In this document: positions 9,484-19,109 of the stretch, piece after piece
Position numbering within the stretch: position 1 is the stretch's first letter
Layout of the letters: each line of letters opens with the position of its first letter
DNA from: a virus
Taxonomy: Duplodnaviria; Caudoviricetes
Length of the DNA stretch: 64,000 nt
Virus record (IMG/VR): IMGVR_UViG_3300040811_001959
Reading direction: 5' to 3' (one strand)
Position numbers and translations under genes: made by a program
The notes under the pieces: generated by a model
What the model was told of the DNA's origin: nothing
Databases searched by the model: none
The model's input: only the letters and a program-made list of their open reading frames with translations

Positions 9484-9840
9484 ATGGAAGAAAAAGTTAA
9501 AAAAACTGATTGGGGATACGAATTAATATGGGCATCACATCCTACCTATACGGGAAAAATTTTAGTATTCGAAGGTTTAAATGCTCGTACAGATATGTAT
9601 CTTCATAAAACAAAAAATAAAAGTTTGTTTGTAAATAGTGGAAAATTTAAAATTAGATGGATTGAAACCAGTAATGGCGAAATTAAAGAAGTAGAATTTC
9701 TAGAAGGTAATACTTTTGATGTTCCTGCAATGATGCCAATACAAATTTGCAGTCTAGCATACAATGGATCGATTGCAGAAGTTTCTGATAACAATCAAGA
9801 CGATGTTTGTATAATTTTACAATCAAAAAATATTGGATAA
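9484..9840 (+). CDS. Cupin-fold protein (sugar isomerase-like), metal ligands degenerate
   Basis: 118 aa; 'K.DWGYELIWA....YTGKILVF', 'VNSGKFKIRWI'; expected HxH..E and PH positions read YLH..NKS and PI. Confidence 0.6.
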   Translation: MEEKVKKTDWGYELIWASHPTYTGKILVFEGLNARTDMYLHKTKNKSLFVNSGKFKIRWIETSNGEIKEVEFLEGNTFDVPAMMPIQICSLAYNGSIAEVSDNNQDDVCIILQSKNIG

Positions 9841-9843
9841 ATT

Positions 9844-10119
9844 ATGTTGCCTTCTTTACAAAATTCGTCTAATGTTAGAAATAATTTAGCTAGGTACAGT
9901 CATAAAATACAATATATTAAAAATATTAAAGCAAAAAATAAAGCACTTATAGCCTTAGAAAATTTAAAAAATGCTATCGCAGATATTGAACAAGCTCATC
10001 GAATTAGAACTTCAGGCGATTTACGTCCAAATTTGTTTGATTACCACAGAGAAAAAATTTTTTTATTTAGAAAAGAAATTGAAAAATTAATTAAAGAAAA
10101 TACTCAAAAGAAAAAATGA
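9844..10119 (+). CDS. Hypothetical helical protein
   Basis: 91 aa ORF co-oriented with neighbours; stop overlaps next ATG (ATGA). Confidence 0.6.
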   Translation: MLPSLQNSSNVRNNLARYSHKIQYIKNIKAKNKALIALENLKNAIADIEQAHRIRTSGDLRPNLFDYHREKIFLFRKEIEKLIKENTQKKK

Positions 10120-10940
10120 TATTTAAATCAAAAAAAAAATGGGTTAGATTTTATTGTTTAGACGAAAATGTTGCAACATTATATCCTTTAATTAAATCAA
10201 AAGCAGTAATTCGAAACTGGAATAATTTAGCAAGCACAGAAAGGAATCGTCCTGAACAAGGATCACAGACTGTTTTAAATTGTCCTGCTATTAAATTAGT
10301 AAAAGATTTTGGATATGTATTAACTGCTCCTGCAGATTTTGTTATAAAATCTGGAGATGAGTCTGCTTATTTTTCCTGGGAAACACCTTTTATATTTAAA
10401 AGGTCAAGTGAACGGTATACTTTTGGGGGTACCGATTATTACATCGATTGGCATAGTCATGCTCAGGTTGAACCAATTATTCCAAAGAGCAATACCCAAG
10501 TTAATAAACCATATTTACACACTGCAGTAAAAGTAGAAACTCCATGGAGGATAAAGGCAAGCAGTGATATAGTTTTATTACAAATTCCTGTTACATACAA
10601 TAATGAAGAAAGATTTACTGCTGCTATAGGAATCGTTGATCCAGAATATATGCATGCGGTCACTGTACAGTTGTTTTGGCATGTAACTAACAGCGAAACA
10701 CTTGTAAGAGCAGGAACTCCACTAGCACAATATGTTCCAATTCATAGGAACTTTTTAGAAAAAAACAGTATAGATTTTATTGTGGATAAAGCTACAGATG
10801 TAGAAAAAGAACTAGAAGATGCGTATGCCTTTGCCAATCATAGCAGATTTCCTCGGACGGATACTGCAAACAATAAAATTAAAATTATAAAAAATTTGTT
10901 CAACTATTTTAGAAAAAAATATCCTAAACAAAAGATTTAA
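10116..10940 (+). CDS. dUTPase-like fold / DUF6065-like protein (paralog of 23289-24077)
   Basis: 274 aa; 'NCPAI....GYVLTAPADF', 'PWRI', 'G.VD', 'GTPLAQYVP'; shares these motifs with 23289-24077. Confidence 0.5.
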   Translation: MIFKSKKKWVRFYCLDENVATLYPLIKSKAVIRNWNNLASTERNRPEQGSQTVLNCPAIKLVKDFGYVLTAPADFVIKSGDESAYFSWETPFIFKRSSERYTFGGTDYYIDWHSHAQVEPIIPKSNTQVNKPYLHTAVKVETPWRIKASSDIVLLQIPVTYNNEERFTAAIGIVDPEYMHAVTVQLFWHVTNSETLVRAGTPLAQYVPIHRNFLEKNSIDFIVDKATDVEKELEDAYAFANHSRFPRTDTANNKIKIIKNLFNYFRKKYPKQKI

Positions 10941-10942
10941 AA

Positions 10943-11521
10943 ATGAAAATAGAAAATTCGGTTGGTATTTTTGATAACGTTTTAAACACAGACGAATGCA
11001 AAAAAATAATTGATCAATACAATTTATTAGCAGGACTTAATTTATCTTTTAATCGTATAGATTTAGGTTCTTTTGATAGTCATAGAATTAAAGATAACGC
11101 TGTATTTTTACTAGAAGAAAAATCTATGCGTCTTTTGCCTACAATGGATTTTTTAGAAACTTTTTTGAATAAATTTTGGAATTGTTACAAACAATACACA
11201 GATCATTATAGTGTTATAAAAGAAGCAGGTAATCATTATATTAGATCAATGAAATTACAAAAAACTCTACCAGGCGAAGGTTATCATATATGGCATTTTG
11301 AAAATGATAGTGCCGAAAAGTGCTCTAGATTGTGTGCGTGGGGATTATATTTAAATACAATAAATGACGGCGGAGAAACAGAATTCCTTTATCAAAGTAT
11401 GCGGGTTTCTGCGTTAGAAGGAAGGTTAATATTATGGCCTGCAACCTACACGCATACTCACAGAGGAAATCCTCCTTTAAAAGGAGAAAAATATTTACTA
11501 ACAGGTTGGCTAGAGTACTAA
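10943..11521 (+). CDS. 2OG-Fe(II) oxygenase (prolyl 4-hydroxylase-like)
   Basis: 192 aa; 'QKTLPGEGYHIWHFE', 'YLNTINDGGETEF', 'WPA.YTHTHRGNPP...KY..TGW'. Confidence 0.9.
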   Translation: MKIENSVGIFDNVLNTDECKKIIDQYNLLAGLNLSFNRIDLGSFDSHRIKDNAVFLLEEKSMRLLPTMDFLETFLNKFWNCYKQYTDHYSVIKEAGNHYIRSMKLQKTLPGEGYHIWHFENDSAEKCSRLCAWGLYLNTINDGGETEFLYQSMRVSALEGRLILWPATYTHTHRGNPPLKGEKYLLTGWLEY

Positions 11522-12132
11522 TGGAAATTTTAAAACTTTTTCCTATAGATTTTTTTGTTTTTTATAACAAAAATTTTGATAATAAAAAGCTAATTGCAAA
11601 TTTAGAAACATTAGAAGATATACAAATAAAAAAAACTACTCAAATTAGTTTACTAATTAATTTAAAAAACAATAAAAACTTTCAAGATTTATTTAATTGG
11701 TTTAGTGACTGTTTAAAAGAAGTAAAAAAAATTAAGCAATATGATTGTGATCAAATAAAAATAACAAATAGCTGGGTAAATGTTTCATTAGCAGATTACA
11801 ACATGTATTTAGATACACACAAACACAGTATGAGTTTTTACAGTGGTATATATTACTTAACAGACGGATCTGCTACAACCTTCATTGATCCATTTGAACA
11901 AGCTATTGATACACAATTGCAGGTATTAAAATTTAATTATCACCCAGAAGAAAAAATTAGTCCCGAACCAGGAAAATTAATAATTTTTCCTAGTTACATT
12001 TATCATAAGAGCGATATACATATCGCAAATACTTCAAGATACATTATAAGTTTTAATACAATGCCAACGGGTAAAATTAACTATAATTTAGCAACAGACT
12101 CAAAAATTAATATTAAAATTGAAGATGATTAA
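11521..12132 (+). CDS. 2OG-Fe(II) oxygenase-like protein (TIGR02466 type); start re-assigned to 11521
   Basis: ATG overlaps the upstream TAA (TAATG); 'SWVN', 'HKHSMSFYSGIYY', 'IIFPSYIYH', 'RYIISFN'. Confidence 0.8.
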   Translation: MEILKLFPIDFFVFYNKNFDNKKLIANLETLEDIQIKKTTQISLLINLKNNKNFQDLFNWFSDCLKEVKKIKQYDCDQIKITNSWVNVSLADYNMYLDTHKHSMSFYSGIYYLTDGSATTFIDPFEQAIDTQLQVLKFNYHPEEKISPEPGKLIIFPSYIYHKSDIHIANTSRYIISFNTMPTGKINYNLATDSKINIKIEDD

Positions 12133-13615
12133 CGATATAATTATTTTAGGAGGAGGAAATGCAGGATTAATGGCTGCTATATATCTAAAAACTGCTATTC
12201 CTTCTTTAAATTTGTCAATAATAAAATCTGATAAAATTGGAACTATAGGTGTTGGCGAAGGTTCTACAGAACATTGGAAATTATTTGCAGATGCAGTTGA
12301 CATTAGCATGGTAGATCTCGTAAAAGAATGCGGTGCAACGATTAAAATTGGTATTAAATTCGAAAATTGGCACGGTGATAACACAAGTTATTTCCATAGT
12401 TTGCCCGAGTTTTTAGTAAATACAGATCCGTATTGCGGTGCACCATATACTTTAATGCGACTTATAGGCAATGGAATTTCCTCAGAAAAATTACATTGGG
12501 ATTTACCGTTACAAGGTTATGTTAAAGAACCTTTCACTGATTATTATCAATTCCATTTTGACAGTGAAAAATTAAATCTTTTTTTAGAAAATAAAGCAAA
12601 AGCATTAAATATTAAATTTGTAATTGCTGATATTGTCGATGTTTCTGTAGATAATGAAGGATTTGTAGAATCTATAATAGATAATAACAACAATAAATAT
12701 TTTGCTGATTTTTTTATAGATAGTAGCGGGTTTAGGCGGGTTATATCATCTAAGTTAGGGTCTACTTGGACAGACTGGTCAAAATATTTACCATTAAACT
12801 CAGCTGTTGCGTTTCAAACACCCAGTCAAAAAGATATTCCAGTTTTTACTTTAGCAAAAGCCATGGATGCAGGATGGCATTGGCGGAGTCCAGTACAAGA
12901 TCGATTTGGTAATGGATATGTATTTAGCGATGCTTTTATTAATGAAGAAACTGCAGTCAACGAAATACAAAAATATTTTCCTGATACTATCAACATTGGT
13001 AGGAAAATTAATTTTATCTCAGGAAAAATTGACAAAGCATGGACTAAAAATTGTGTATCAATTGGATTAAGCAGTAATTTTGTAGAACCTTTAGAAGCAA
13101 GCAGCATCAGTACAACTATACAACAAGTCAGATTATTAGCAAGTTCGTTATGGAATTGGTCTCGGAAAGATGTATCTACCAGTAAAAATTATAATAAGAT
13201 TTTTGATGATATGTTATATAATATTTTAGATTTTATACAACTGCACTATTTTACAAAACGTGACGATACTGCATTTTGGAAATGGTGTAGTAATGAAATG
13301 ACTGTAACAGATTTTAATAAAGAAAATTTAGAACTATTTTCAAATAATTTTGTAAATCAAATTTTATTACCTGAGGATTTTACTAACCGTACATATAGGA
13401 TTTATGATTGCTTAAATTGGATACAGGTAATGCACGGCTTAAGAATGTTTAATCAAACAAATATATTACAACTCTTTAAGACAAGATTTTCGCAATATCA
13501 AGAATATGACGAATTGCAAATTTCTTATGTTCCTAACAAATTAACAGAAGAATGGTATTCTAGTAGAGAAGCATTAGAGTACATGAAATCTATTTCAACT
13601 AATTATGTATTATGA
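12125..13615 (+). CDS. Flavin-dependent halogenase, tryptophan-halogenase family (copy 1)
   Basis: GGGNAG FAD motif, 'VGEGS', catalytic-Lys motif 'ATIKIGIKFENW', 'GWHWRSP..DRFGNGYVF', 'FVEPLEASS'. ATG at 12125 preferred over TTG at 12119. Confidence 0.9.
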   Translation: MINDIIILGGGNAGLMAAIYLKTAIPSLNLSIIKSDKIGTIGVGEGSTEHWKLFADAVDISMVDLVKECGATIKIGIKFENWHGDNTSYFHSLPEFLVNTDPYCGAPYTLMRLIGNGISSEKLHWDLPLQGYVKEPFTDYYQFHFDSEKLNLFLENKAKALNIKFVIADIVDVSVDNEGFVESIIDNNNNKYFADFFIDSSGFRRVISSKLGSTWTDWSKYLPLNSAVAFQTPSQKDIPVFTLAKAMDAGWHWRSPVQDRFGNGYVFSDAFINEETAVNEIQKYFPDTINIGRKINFISGKIDKAWTKNCVSIGLSSNFVEPLEASSISTTIQQVRLLASSLWNWSRKDVSTSKNYNKIFDDMLYNILDFIQLHYFTKRDDTAFWKWCSNEMTVTDFNKENLELFSNNFVNQILLPEDFTNRTYRIYDCLNWIQVMHGLRMFNQTNILQLFKTRFSQYQEYDELQISYVPNKLTEEWYSSREALEYMKSISTNYVL

Positions 13616-15120
13616 TAGATAAAATCTGTATAGTAGGTGGCGGAACAAGTGGATACATTGCAGCGTTAATGCTTAGATCTGCATATCCTAATTTAGATAT
13701 ACAATTAATTGAAAGTTCTAAAATTGGAATTGTAGGAGTGGGCGAAGGAACTACAGAACATTTCCGTAAGTTCATTATACATTCGAACATCAATATCTTT
13801 GATTTATTTAGAGAAACAGATGCAACTTTTAAAATTGGAATCAAATTTCAAAATTGGTTAGGAAATAATAAACATTATTGGCATAATCTTACTGAATTTT
13901 TTGTTACACAATCTGATACTAATGGTCTTTTTACATCATGGTTACAATTAGTGATGGATAATGTAGAGCCAGATAAAACTGTTTGGGATTTAGCTATTAA
14001 TGGTAAACATATTGCTCCTTTAGATAAAATTATATCACAATTCCATTTTAACACTTTTAAATTGAATTCTTTTTTTAGGAATCTTTCAATAACAAGGAAT
14101 ATCCATATTGTTGACACTGAAATAGTTGATACTATACTAGATGAAAATAATAATATTAACCATATTATCGACAAAGATAACAAAATTTATGCTGCAGATT
14201 TTTTTATTGATTGTACAGGTTTTGCAAGGATACTGGCTAGAAAATTAGAAGTTAAATGGCATACTATATTTGATAAACTTCCAATGAATAGTGCCTTGGC
14301 ATTTTCAACCGATATTACCGAAGTAATACCAAATTATACATTATCGACAGCAATGTCTAGTGGATGGGCATGGAGGATTCCTACACAGGAAAGGTATGGC
14401 AATGGATACGTTTTTTGTAACAATTTTATAAATCCTGATAGGGCGTTAGATGAAATAGAAAATTATTATGTAACCAACAATATTACAAAAAAAATTACAG
14501 ATGCAAGATATTTTAACTTTACAAGTGGGTTTTCTGATAAATTTTGGTATAAAAATTGTGCATTTGTTGGGCTAAGTGGATTGTTTGTAGAACCACTAGA
14601 AGCAACTTCTATAGGAGCCGTAATACAACAATGTTTTTTATTAACTAATTCTTTGTATTTTTTCCACAAAAATGATACCAAAGTAAGTAAAATACACAAT
14701 GACAGGATGAATAAGATTGTTAGTAACATAATTGACTTTATTCAACTTCATTACCTTACAAGTAGAAAAGATTCAAATTTTTGGAAATTTTGCAAAAATG
14801 ATTTAAAATTAACTGATTTTAATGCAGAGTATCTTGATTATATGTCTTATAATTTTCCTGATAGTCAACTTTTTCAAGATACTATGTTAATGTTTAATTG
14901 TTTAAATTTTGGCCAAGTTATGTTAGGTTTGAATTTAATATCAAAAAAAGGACAGGAAAATATTAAACAGCAATTTCAAAAACATTTATATATCAATTCT
15001 TTAAAATTAGAAGATATATATAATGACATGTCAAATCCAGATTTGCAAACCTATTCACACAATGAAGCTATTGAATTATTAAAAGAATTAGATAAACATG
15101 AATACAAATACAAGTTATGA
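13612..15120 (+). CDS. Flavin-dependent halogenase, tryptophan-halogenase family (copy 2)
   Basis: 502 aa; GGGTSG, 'VGEGT', 'ATFKIGIKFQNW', 'GWAWRIP..ERYGNGYVF', 'FVEPLEATS'. Confidence 0.9.
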   Translation: MIDKICIVGGGTSGYIAALMLRSAYPNLDIQLIESSKIGIVGVGEGTTEHFRKFIIHSNINIFDLFRETDATFKIGIKFQNWLGNNKHYWHNLTEFFVTQSDTNGLFTSWLQLVMDNVEPDKTVWDLAINGKHIAPLDKIISQFHFNTFKLNSFFRNLSITRNIHIVDTEIVDTILDENNNINHIIDKDNKIYAADFFIDCTGFARILARKLEVKWHTIFDKLPMNSALAFSTDITEVIPNYTLSTAMSSGWAWRIPTQERYGNGYVFCNNFINPDRALDEIENYYVTNNITKKITDARYFNFTSGFSDKFWYKNCAFVGLSGLFVEPLEATSIGAVIQQCFLLTNSLYFFHKNDTKVSKIHNDRMNKIVSNIIDFIQLHYLTSRKDSNFWKFCKNDLKLTDFNAEYLDYMSYNFPDSQLFQDTMLMFNCLNFGQVMLGLNLISKKGQENIKQQFQKHLYINSLKLEDIYNDMSNPDLQTYSHNEAIELLKELDKHEYKYKL

Positions 15121-16615
15121 TGTTGTAATATTAGGAGGAGGTATAGCAGGATGGCTAACGTCCTTATTTGTGAAAAGAATTTATCCAAACTTAAAAATTT
15201 TAGTTATTGAGAATTCTAAACATTTACCAATTATAGCAGGCGAAAGTGGCGCCACTACGTTTAATGATATTTTAAACTACTTAAATATTGATTTACAAGA
15301 TTTTCAAAAAAAAACAAATGCTACTCCTAAGCTAGGAGGAAAATTTTACAACTGGAGTAAAAATACCGAGTTTATTCATGCTTTACAAACTGATTATTCA
15401 CCATGGCTCGATAACTATAAAACATTTAATAATGAGTTTAGTTTTAAAAGTATGAATAATTTTTTACAAAAAGAAAGAGCTGGTTATTTTGTAGAATTGC
15501 ACTGTATTAAGAATAAAATACCTTTGTCAAAATTATTTTTTGCTGATGCTTTTATAGAGCAAAATAAAGTTCCTAAATCTAATGATAGTCGTTTACAGCC
15601 TATGTGGCACTATGAAAGTAGAGCAACTGCTGCTTATCTTAAAGAAATCTCTTTTAATAGAGGAATTATTTATAAAGATGCAATATTTGTAGATGCAGAA
15701 CGTAACTCTAATAACGGTAATATAAGCTTTTTGCAATTAAAAAATGGCGAAAAAATATACAGTAAATGGTTTTTTGATTGTACTGGCTTTGCACGATTAT
15801 TATTAGGAAATACGTTAAAAGAACCAATAATTGATAATAGTTATTATTTTCCAGCTCATTCTGTAGTAGCATGGTGGGGAGAAACAGAACCTAATGTTGT
15901 CACAAAAGCATATGCAATGGATTATGGGTGGTCTTGGAATGTAAATTTAAAAAATCGTAATGGTAGTGGATATATATATGATAGCAACCATACAACTTTA
16001 GATAATGCAATTCAAGAAGCTGAAAAAAAATTTAATAAAAAAATTGATCCTGTAGCTAATTTTACGTATCAACCAGGATTTATGGAAAACTCCTGGAAAA
16101 ATAATGTTATAGGCATAGGATTAAGCACTGGATTTTTAGAACCTTTAGAGGCAAATGGTATTGCTTTAATTTGTGAATCTTTATTTGCTTTAGACGATTT
16201 ATGGAATCCATATGAAGTTAATACTACACTACAAAATAGATATAATGAAAGATTGTATACTATTACAGTTGATATAAGAGATTTTTTATTGTTGCATTAT
16301 ACAGGACAAAAAAATAATACAGATTTTTGGAATATGTATCTTAATGAGATAGATTTAAGCGAATCCTTAAAAAATAAAATCTATTTGTTAACTGAACATG
16401 TCGAACATTCCAAAGAAAAACCTTTTTTTAATGGTTACTCGCCGACTGCATGGTTAATGGTAATGCAGGGTATGAATTATTTTGATAAAGAGTACAATAT
16501 AAACAATTCAGTAATAAATAATTTTTCTAATGTGTTAAATACAATTACAAATATTTATAGTAAAGAAATTGATAGCCATATTACTATAACAAAATGGCTT
16601 AATAATGAAAGGTAA
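15098..16615 (+). CDS. Flavin-dependent halogenase, tryptophan-halogenase family (copy 3, divergent)
   Basis: 505 aa; GGGIAG, 'AGESG', 'ATPKLGGKFYNW', 'GWSWNVN...RNGSGYIY', 'FLEPLEANG'. Confidence 0.85.
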   Translation: MNTNTSYDVVILGGGIAGWLTSLFVKRIYPNLKILVIENSKHLPIIAGESGATTFNDILNYLNIDLQDFQKKTNATPKLGGKFYNWSKNTEFIHALQTDYSPWLDNYKTFNNEFSFKSMNNFLQKERAGYFVELHCIKNKIPLSKLFFADAFIEQNKVPKSNDSRLQPMWHYESRATAAYLKEISFNRGIIYKDAIFVDAERNSNNGNISFLQLKNGEKIYSKWFFDCTGFARLLLGNTLKEPIIDNSYYFPAHSVVAWWGETEPNVVTKAYAMDYGWSWNVNLKNRNGSGYIYDSNHTTLDNAIQEAEKKFNKKIDPVANFTYQPGFMENSWKNNVIGIGLSTGFLEPLEANGIALICESLFALDDLWNPYEVNTTLQNRYNERLYTITVDIRDFLLLHYTGQKNNTDFWNMYLNEIDLSESLKNKIYLLTEHVEHSKEKPFFNGYSPTAWLMVMQGMNYFDKEYNINNSVINNFSNVLNTITNIYSKEIDSHITITKWLNNER

Positions 16616-16621
16616 AAAATA

Positions 16622-16825
16622 ATGAATTACTATGTAAAAATAATTAGGGTTCCAGAGCTAGAGAATACAGCTCAAAAAATGAATATTAAAAAAGTTTATG
16701 CAAAAGCTAACACAATTGCAGACGCAGAAATTATATTTGAGAAGGCATATCATCCTAAATATACAATAGCAGGTCCAAATAGAATAGATTCTGTTCCTAG
16801 TGGAGAATCAATTTTACAATTATAA
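16622..16825 (+). CDS. Hypothetical small protein
   Basis: 67 aa, last ORF of the + arm; weak SD (AAGG); stop overlaps the convergent gene's stop in TTATAA. Confidence 0.5.
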   Translation: MNYYVKIIRVPELENTAQKMNIKKVYAKANTIADAEIIFEKAYHPKYTIAGPNRIDSVPSGESILQL

Positions 16826-17443
16826 TTTAACTAATTTTGATAAAGTATTTGTTTTAAACATGTTATCTTGCATTTCAGTAGATGCATATTCAAAAGGAAG
16901 GCCTAATACAGGTCTAGTATCAAATTTTAGATTACTGTGAGGTCCTTCTGCATCTACATATTGCAAAAAACATTGCGTGTGACTTTGTTCTTGTAAAGGG
17001 TCTCTCCAATGCTGGTTTTCGTGACCTTTATAAATTACCCCATCGCCTATATTCAATTTAATTTCATAAATCTTATCAGATTTGTTTCTAATATACAAAG
17101 GCCATATATCTGTCTGCTCTAATGCTATGCTGACGGTATATTCAGAGCTTTGTCTATCAAAATGTTTTTGTAAAAAACTATCTTTGTAATATATTCGTGC
17201 ATATGAATATGTAGGATATAATTTTACTTTTAATTTTTTTTCTATTATTGGTAAAATTTTTACAGACAATGCTTCCATCATTAAAGGAGCGTATCTTGCA
17301 AATGTGTTTTCTGTTAAATCGGCAAAGTCTGTATTAGGATAAATTATTTTGCAAACATCTTCCATCATTTTAAATTCTAATGAAATAAAATTTGCTAACT
17401 CTAATGAAATAATATTTTTTACTGTAATAAAATCTTTTTTCAT
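16820..17443 (-). CDS. 2OG-Fe(II) oxygenase (PKHD/prolyl hydroxylase-like)
   Basis: 207 aa; 'PTYSYARIY', 'L.KHFDR.SSEY.VS', 'GDGVIYKG....HWR', 'Q.FLQYVD'. Confidence 0.85.
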   Translation of the reverse strand: MKKDFITVKNIISLELANFISLEFKMMEDVCKIIYPNTDFADLTENTFARYAPLMMEALSVKILPIIEKKLKVKLYPTYSYARIYYKDSFLQKHFDRQSSEYTVSIALEQTDIWPLYIRNKSDKIYEIKLNIGDGVIYKGHENQHWRDPLQEQSHTQCFLQYVDAEGPHSNLKFDTRPVLGLPFEYASTEMQDNMFKTNTLSKLVKL

Positions 17444-17994
17444 ACTAATGGTATAAATCCTAGATTAAAAAATGGTTTTTCATTAAATGTCCTATATAAT
17501 TTACCAGTTGGAATTGTATGCACATCAAACCCAATTGTAATTCTTTTATAACCGAAATTTTCTAACGCTACTACCTTGTGTTTAATGTGCCCATGTCCAA
17601 AATAAATTTGACCAGGTTTATTTTTTACAGTATGCGACTCAAAAACTGTTTCAGTTTTTTCACAATTTAAATTAATATATCCATGATAAGGCCATTCATG
17701 ATCGTGCCAATCTAATAAATCCTGATGAGTATGATAATTAATCCATGATTGTAACCAAAGTTCTTTATTTTCTGTTATATTTGTAAGTATTAAATTTTTT
17801 AATTCTTGGAAAATATACCAGAAATGACTTGAAGGTGCGAGTAGACTGAATGTATTATATTTAGGATACGTCCATGTTGTATCTTCGTAAGGAAATAATT
17901 CTTGATGTAGTCTCAAACCAATTTTAATATCTTCTAAAATACCTTCAATATTATTTGTGATGTAAGAACTTTGATGTAAAATATAATCTTTCAT
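17440..17994 (-). CDS. 2OG-Fe(II) oxygenase-like protein
   Basis: 184 aa; 'WLQSWINY', 'LDWHDH', 'HKVV', 'RITIGFD'. Confidence 0.7.
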   Translation of the reverse strand: MKDYILHQSSYITNNIEGILEDIKIGLRLHQELFPYEDTTWTYPKYNTFSLLAPSSHFWYIFQELKNLILTNITENKELWLQSWINYHTHQDLLDWHDHEWPYHGYINLNCEKTETVFESHTVKNKPGQIYFGHGHIKHKVVALENFGYKRITIGFDVHTIPTGKLYRTFNEKPFFNLGFIPLV

Positions 17995-18605
17995 AATATA
18001 ATATTAGATAAATTTGTATTAATGACGCATCTAAATTTACTTTTTTTACAAAAACTTGCAGTATGATAGTAGTATCCTGGAAAAACTAAAATTTTACCTT
18101 TCTCTGGTTTTACTCTTTTTTTAATAGTAAAATCTCTAGAGGAAATTTTTTCAATGTCTTTACTTCCTGGATCATAATTTTCATTTATTTCATTAAAAAT
18201 TATTGTATCTCCGTCGCTATCATTTACATAATAAATGGCTACAATATGTTTAAAAAAACTATCTATATGTGGCATAAATGCATTTTCATTAATTGCAGGA
18301 TTTTTAAAAACTAAATTAGCCCTCATTCTTATTAGCCTTGATATGTCTTGGTCTTTGATTTTATCTTGTAAATTTAAAATGATTGGATACACCATATCAA
18401 AGAAAGTGCTTGTAAAAGAATTTTGCTCATAAAAAAAGTGATTACATCCAGCAGGGTTGTCTAAATCATTAATAAAACATTTATCTCCTGATACAATGTT
18501 TTTATTTAATGCCCAAGAAAAATTAAATCCGGTCATTACAGTTTCAATATAATCAGCCTGACTTTTTGGAATAATATTTTTTATTTCAATAATTTCATTT
18601 ATCAT
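17991..18605 (-). CDS. 2OG-Fe(II) oxygenase (paralog of 19807-20391)
   Basis: 204 aa; 'RMRANL', 'PHID', 'YYVNDSDGDT', 'PEKGKILVFPG..YHTAS', 'RCVINTN'. Confidence 0.85.
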   Translation of the reverse strand: MINEIIEIKNIIPKSQADYIETVMTGFNFSWALNKNIVSGDKCFINDLDNPAGCNHFFYEQNSFTSTFFDMVYPIILNLQDKIKDQDISRLIRMRANLVFKNPAINENAFMPHIDSFFKHIVAIYYVNDSDGDTIIFNEINENYDPGSKDIEKISSRDFTIKKRVKPEKGKILVFPGYYYHTASFCKKSKFRCVINTNLSNIIL

Positions 18606-19108
18606 GTGACTTGTCCAAAAAATCTTAATATTACTAATTTATCATTTTCGTTTGGCATAAAAGAATTATGTATTTTAAAATATTCTTTTGGAGAAAAAAA
18701 TATACATCGGTTCTCTTTAATTTTTATTGTAATTGAAGGAGTAAAATTGCTATCAATAGAATTGTAAAATACAATATCATCGTTTTCATTTGAATTTAAA
18801 AAAATTATACCTCCAATATCAAAATTAGGATAGTAAATATTAATATCAGTATTATCTTCTAATTTAGTTATGTAATTAAAAACCATATACAATTGGTTAA
18901 AATCTTCTTTACCATTTGCATGTATAATAATTTTTTTAGCAATGTTATGAAATATTTTTTCGTTAATTTCATTAATTGGTTTAGATATATTGCCAGGAAA
19001 AATATGTTCTGTTGTTATATACTCTTCATCTAAAGCTAAATTTTTGTATAATGTATAAAATTCAAAAAAATCATCTATAATTTTTACAGGCTGGTTAAAA
19101 TAACGCAT
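18602..19108 (-). CDS. Degenerate 2OG-Fe(II) oxygenase-like (DUF6445-like) protein
   Basis: 'IIDDFF', 'FPG..S', 'GGIIFLN', 'ENRCIFF' mirror 19110-19814, but HxD and distal His are absent. Start probably the ATG at 19108 (track gives 19123). Confidence 0.6.
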   Translation of the reverse strand: MRYFNQPVKIIDDFFEFYTLYKNLALDEEYITTEHIFPGNISKPINEINEKIFHNIAKKIIIHANGKEDFNQLYMVFNYITKLEDNTDINIYYPNFDIGGIIFLNSNENDDIVFYNSIDSNFTPSITIKIKENRCIFFSPKEYFKIHNSFMPNENDKLVILRFFGQVT

Positions 19109-19109
19109 A

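Noticed and set aside
11434-11520. N-terminal extension of the 11434-12132 ORF
   Set aside because: It overlaps the upstream oxygenase by 88 nt; the TAATG-coupled ATG at 11521 fits the family length and operon pattern.
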